Assembly: GCA_050010515.1 (NCBI GenBank)
Contig: JBEKKX010000017.1
Span: forward strand, 1 to 49,593
Origin: Candidatus Bathyarchaeia archaeon
GTDB taxonomy: Archaea > Thermoproteota > Bathyarchaeia > Bathyarchaeales > Bathycorpusculaceae
DNA: 49,593 nucleotides
Reading direction: 5' to 3'
Under the pieces are notes generated by a model. It was not told the DNA's origin. It saw only the letters and a program-made list of their open reading frames with translations, and searched no databases. Position 1 is the stretch's first letter. Every line of letters begins with the position of its first letter. Both the position numbers and the translations under genes were made by a program. Of the stretch, positions 49,426-49,593 are shown in pieces.

Positions 49426-49593
49426 GTAAAAACAAGTTAAAAATAGCCTTTTACTGGGCTGCAAGTTGCGGCGGCTGCGAAATAGCTGTCTTAGACTTAA
49501 ACGAGAAAATCCTTGACGTAGTACAATTAGCCGACATAGTTTTTTGGCCAGTAGCCATCGACATCAAGTACAAAGATGTTGAAGCGATGCCTG
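49422..49593 (+). CDS. mvhG: MvhG, copy 2 (runs off the window end)
   Basis: MSKNKLKIAFYWAASCGGCEIAVLDLNEKILDVV; ATGA overlap with hdrB. Confidence 0.88.
   Translation, partial: MSKNKLKIAFYWAASCGGCEIAVLDLNEKILDVVQLADIVFWPVAIDIKYKDVEAMP

Overview
Archaeal genomic window, most likely Bathyarchaeia (inferred from the S19e-PDCD5-L39e-L31e-eIF6-LX-prefoldin-FtsY gene order, GGTG/GGAG-type RBSs, frequent TTG/CTG starts and Hdr/Mvh content). It has four blocks. (1) 0.5-13 kb: a surface-glycan/nucleotide-sugar cluster (methyltransferase, uxs, galU, ugd, flippase, rmlACBD). Two different PIN toxin-antitoxin pairs are stacked downstream of uxs, each separated by a decayed copy of the uxs 3' end, which looks like a polar, gene-anchored cassette array. 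(2) 13-19 kb: a conserved translation/RNase P/SRP-receptor cluster with two inserted genes. (3) 19-25.8 kb: a patchwork of small genes, an MNT-HEPN pair with a frameshifted toxin, apgM, tRNA-Cys, decayed livF/paaK and two candidate structured RNAs. (4) 25.8-49.6 kb: an energy-metabolism island with two ACD-GNAT fusions, split and fused double-FAD HdrA genes, two MvhD (one with a winged-helix-like extension), two hdrCB-mvhG sets (the first followed by an apparent mvhA stub), and a complete bacterial-type HoxEFUYH group 3d [NiFe]-hydrogenase. Several genes appear to start at CTG or ACG. No CRISPR array, rRNA, integrase or transposase was seen. All alignments and folds were done by eye.
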